DNA of 64,000 bases from NCBI GenBank assembly GCA_963718575.1, contig OY970358.1:450172-514171 (forward strand). Direction: 5' to 3'. Source of the stretch: an uncultured bacterium. Lineage in GTDB: Bacteria > Patescibacteriota > Minisyncoccia > UBA6257 > 2-01-FULL-56-20. Shown here one piece after another: positions 60,676-64,000 of the stretch. The translations under genes and the position numbers were made by a program. Position 1 is the first letter of the stretch. Every line of letters begins with the position of its first letter. The notes under the pieces are model-generated. The model did no database searches, had not been told where the DNA came from, and saw nothing but the letters and a program-made list of their open reading frames with translations.

Positions 60676-61277
60676 TACTGATTCCCCTTCTCTATAGTAT
60701 CAAACTGGTCCATTGCCTGCCCAGCCTGCGCATTGAAGTTATTGATCGCATTCACGTCGGTGTTGATCTGATTCACAATTCCCGTCACCTCATCGTTTGG
60801 CACCGGCGTTCCGCTGAACCGAGATTGAAGCACGCCAAGAAGATGATCGAGGTCGTTGCTGTATGTGATGAGTTCGTTGATGACGGCAAGACGGCTCGAA
60901 ATCGATTCGAGCGCCGCTTGCTGTGCGGACGGCGAAGTGATGTCCGGAAGAGCACTCGTCATTTGGCTCACCTGCGCGGAAAGCTGGATCGCTTCGGCGC
61001 GCAACCCCGCGCTTTGGTTGATAAGGTCGGTCGTTGAAGCGAGAGCTGCCGAGTAATCGCCATCCTGATCGTCTTTATTGATTCCCTGAAGCTCGGCCGT
61101 GGACTGGTTGGAATTGTTGACGATTGTTTGGGCAATGATAGCGCCCTGCAGCCGCGCGGCAGTGAAGTCCGCCGGGACTTTGTTTTCCGCCCGCCAAAAC
61201 AGGACGAGACCATATCCCACAGCAATAAGGATGATAAAAGCCGCAATGATCTTTGTGCGACGAGAGAATGTGGGCAT
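60675..61277 (-). CDS. Membrane-anchored helical hypothetical protein
   Basis: N-terminal TM, helical/coiled body. Confidence 0.7.
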   Translation of the reverse strand: MPTFSRRTKIIAAFIILIAVGYGLVLFWRAENKVPADFTAARLQGAIIAQTIVNNSNQSTAELQGINKDDQDGDYSAALASTTDLINQSAGLRAEAIQLSAQVSQMTSALPDITSPSAQQAALESISSRLAVINELITYSNDLDHLLGVLQSRFSGTPVPNDEVTGIVNQINTDVNAINNFNAQAGQAMDQFDTIEKGNQ

Positions 61278-61373
61278 GAATTGGATTTCCTATTTTTACC
61301 AAAAATAATTGAAAAAAGCAAGTAAGAATGGTAGATTAAATCACGCAGAGCGCGCCGGAGAACCGGCGGCACT

Positions 61374-61444
61374 GCGGGTATTGTATAACGGTATTACGTC
61401 ACCCTTCCAAGGTGAAGTCAGGGGTTCGACTCCCCTTACCCGCT
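61374..61444 (+). tRNA. tRNA-Gly(TCC)
   Basis: GCGGGTA/TACCCGC-T, TCACC-CTTCCAA-GGTGA, GGTTCGACTCC. Confidence 0.95.
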
Positions 61445-61745
61445 CAGAACAGGAAACTTTTGCCTCATATCTACAACCGTCATAGGAATGGCGCTTGTTT
61501 CGAGAGGTTCAAACCATTCCAATTCTTTCTCAATAATTTCTCGCTTCTCTTCAATGAATTTGAATGGACGCCGAAGGGTTAATGCGATCTTTTGGGCTTT
61601 AAGGATGTGGTTGTAACCAATACAGGCGAATATCGCTTTTTTCGTTTCCAAATCGCCGTGCTTGAACCATACGCGGGCATAGCGTGCAAAGTTGAAAGTC
61701 CTCTCGCTCAGCTCAACCCAATTCTCCAATTCCTTGCCCTGATCC
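61436..61745 (-). pseudogene. C-terminal remnant of a large serine recombinase ending in tRNA-Gly
   Basis: W.EL.ERTFNFA.YAR.WF..GDL..KK.I...IG.N..L resembles LSR tails, incl. WLEPLREW..KKFFGS.L.L of 14735 enzyme; same tRNA-overlap geometry. Confidence 0.6.
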
Positions 61746-61823
61746 GTGTTTAGGCCCTAATAAAAAAGAAAAGCGGCCCGACATTACTGCCGGACGCTGT
61801 CAAGCTGTCGGAATCATAACTAC

Positions 61824-62174
61824 CTATCTTCGCGTCATTTGATTGACGCCCTGGATGCTTTTTAAGCGATAGGGTAGTTTATGTTTCTTCAGGTGGTTAT
61901 TGATAGTCACATATTCACTCAACCAAAAGTCGTCGATTGCCCTGCTGCGCACCTTGTAGAACCCATACTCACGGATCCATTCAAGCGCTTTGCGATGATT
62001 ATACTTCCAGTCCTCCGCGGAAAGAATCGCATCCCACTCCGCATTGGTTAATGGTTCCGATGGGGAGCGGATGATTTTTATAAACGCGACGACGTGTTCG
62101 CCGGGTTTACAATACTGGCAAAGCCGTGCCTTCACGCCTTCAATCTCCCGTGCGACGATCTCATCTAAATTCAT
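61824..62174 (-). CDS. Hypothetical protein
   Basis: 116 aa, GGAGG SD, divergent promoter region. Confidence 0.6.
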   Translation of the reverse strand: MNLDEIVAREIEGVKARLCQYCKPGEHVVAFIKIIRSPSEPLTNAEWDAILSAEDWKYNHRKALEWIREYGFYKVRSRAIDDFWLSEYVTINNHLKKHKLPYRLKSIQGVNQMTRR

Positions 62175-62267
62175 TTTTCCCTCCGCTTAAAGCTGCCTGT
62201 CCGCATTCTACCGATTGACGGATAGACTGTCAAATGATATGATGCCTCCAGTCAAAAGGAGGTCTTT

Positions 62268-62654
62268 GTGCCCACTTGTAATACCGCATGGAATATCTTC
62301 CTCAGATGGAAGCGGCGCAATGAAGAGGGTGAAGACTTGCGCGGAGTTACCAACGAGATAGCGCTATCTGCCCTGGCTCACATCGCGGAATGTCCGTTGT
62401 GTCTGGTACGATGGGAGGTATTTATGCAGACATTTCGTCCGCCTAAACTCGATCCCTGGGCCTCCCTTTTGCCGTTTCTCGCTAGGGCGACGGGAATCCC
62501 ACCGGAAGAAATTTCCCGTGATACCCCTCTTGGATCTATTCAGATTGCCAACATTATTATGCTTCTCCACAGGGTTAAACGTTGCCGTGTGAAATGCTTT
62601 CCCGACAAGATGACTGTCGGTAAGCTCATTGCCCGATGGGCGACATCTTCGTAG
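62268..62654 (+). CDS. Hypothetical protein with HxxxCxxC zinc motif
   Basis: AAGGAGGT SD, GTG start, HIAECPLC; terminator 62670-62709. Confidence 0.6.
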   Translation: MPTCNTAWNIFLRWKRRNEEGEDLRGVTNEIALSALAHIAECPLCLVRWEVFMQTFRPPKLDPWASLLPFLARATGIPPEEISRDTPLGSIQIANIIMLLHRVKRCRVKCFPDKMTVGKLIARWATSS

Positions 62655-62784
62655 AGGGAGCGAATAGAAAGCCCGTTTGTCGCGCCATGCGACGAACGGG
62701 CTCTTTTTTATTGCCGCGGTTTTCTTTAGTCAAAAATAGCTCGCGTTGCCGTGTTATACTACTCCTAAATATAGCGCTCATTGC

Positions 62785-64000
62785 ATGATTCATCTCATTA
62801 TTTATCTTATTGCGGCGTATTTGATTGTCGGGACTGTCATTTATGTCCTAGGACATCCCCTGCGTGAGCGGGTCGCAACGACTGCAGAGACGGAGCATTC
62901 TGAAGGAAAAACGAATATGTTATATCGCCACCTTGCCCATTCCGCGCAGGCAATCAATTTCTTGGTGCATTCGTCCGTCTCGGTGGTCACGCGCGAGCCG
63001 ACATCGGCGCCGATTGCGCAGTTATATGAGGAAAGCGTCCGCCGGGCGTTCGACCCTAAACACCTTTTCATCACGACCGGCGCGCCGCATTCCCGCGGCA
63101 TGTATCTGCGAAATTTTGCGTGGTTCTATCCGGATCTTCTTAGCCCGGCAACGATCATAGATGAGGCGGATCGCGAAAACCGCATCGTTTTGCTCGAGCG
63201 GAGTATTCGCACCGCGCTCGAGACGATGGGCACGCGGGCGTATACGACGACGATCATCCCGCTCACCGCGCGCCGCTTCGCCGCCGTCAATTACGTGACG
63301 CCGCCGTCCGACTCCCTGCTCGGCATTCTGGCAGGGCTCGAACAGCTCACTGACGCATCGCGCGAGACCGGCTACACCGCGACGGAGATCATCGCGCAAT
63401 ATAAAAAGAACATCGAGCGCGAGCTCGCACGCATCGCCGCACATCTCGAACCGATCATTATCAATAGAAAGAAATACCTCCTCCTCGACGCGCGGAAAAA
63501 TATGTCGAGCGCGACGGATACGCGCAACGAGCGCATGCGCTTCGTCGTGAGCGCGAACGTTTGGGCCACATTTGCAAAAGCCGAGCGCCTTGGTCTTATG
63601 GATGGAAAAGTATTCGCCGCGTTCGGCCTCGATAAGACGCAATATAAAAAAGATATTCTCGAACTCTTCGGTGCGGAAGGATACATCTGCGACTCGCTCG
63701 CTCCTTCGTTGCGTCCGGCGCGCGCCACCGACAACATCACACTCGACTTCGCGCATATCCATAACGGCTTTTGGAATTTCTCCGATCCTGACGAGCAAAT
63801 ACTTTTTAAAAATACGGTCGATCTGATATTCTCCGACCCGACCTTCCGCGACATTTCCAATAATTGTTATTTTGTCTCACGCAAAGATCCCGACTGTGAT
63901 CTTATTCACCGATACGCCACGCCGTCGTATCATGGCCGCACCGTGTGGTCGTCATTCAATGTTGAGCTCGCCGATCGCCTGCTCGACCTTGCGCACGCGG
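62785..64000 (+). CDS. Membrane-anchored six-hairpin glycosidase-like protein (runs off window)
   Basis: Manual translation MIHLIIYLIAAYLIVG...TGAPHSRGMYLRNFAW...PSDS...YHGRTVW; YHxxxVW resembles amylo-alpha-1,6-glucosidase/GH63-like folds. Confidence 0.6.
   Translation, partial: MIHLIIYLIAAYLIVGTVIYVLGHPLRERVATTAETEHSEGKTNMLYRHLAHSAQAINFLVHSSVSVVTREPTSAPIAQLYEESVRRAFDPKHLFITTGAPHSRGMYLRNFAWFYPDLLSPATIIDEADRENRIVLLERSIRTALETMGTRAYTTTIIPLTARRFAAVNYVTPPSDSLLGILAGLEQLTDASRETGYTATEIIAQYKKNIERELARIAAHLEPIIINRKKYLLLDARKNMSSATDTRNERMRFVVSANVWATFAKAERLGLMDGKVFAAFGLDKTQYKKDILELFGAEGYICDSLAPSLRPARATDNITLDFAHIHNGFWNFSDPDEQILFKNTVDLIFSDPTFRDISNNCYFVSRKDPDCDLIHRYATPSYHGRTVWSSFNVELADRLLDLAHA

Overview
Chromosomal segment of a Patescibacteria/CPR bacterium, most likely Parcubacteria; this is inferred from gene families, frequent leaderless starts and a tRNA-Ile(UAU). 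Standard genetic code. 1-8.4 kb: dTDP-rhamnose/GDP-fucose/GT11/O-antigen-ligase glycan cluster. 8.4-30.5 kb: housekeeping genes (rny, gpmI, rpsA, folD, alkA, glyA, cls, ftsH, MFS), five tRNAs and several unexplained non-coding structures. These include a tRNA-shaped RNA with a cognate antisense sRNA and a family of Y-shaped hairpins with covarying cores. The same region holds a 5.6-kb large-serine-recombinase element inserted into the CCA of tRNA-Phe, which carries an inverted copy of its own circle junction (attP). 30.6-60.4 kb: a ~30-kb, almost entirely co-oriented cell-surface locus. It encodes five WxL-like subunits (two are mosaic near-identical tandem paralogs), four DUF916-like membrane-anchored partners, two cohesin and two dockerin proteins, LamG/FN3/autocleaving-fibre adhesins, a MacB/LolD-type ABC pair, two Hsp20s and a membrane-tethered HTH. 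This locus is the best candidate for an undescribed system. 60.4-64 kb: tRNA-Ile(UAU), tRNA-Gly with a second recombinase remnant, and a truncated glycoside-hydrolase-like gene. Several single-base disruptions (e.g. ftsH) suggest residual assembly error. All domain calls were made by eye from motifs, not from database searches.
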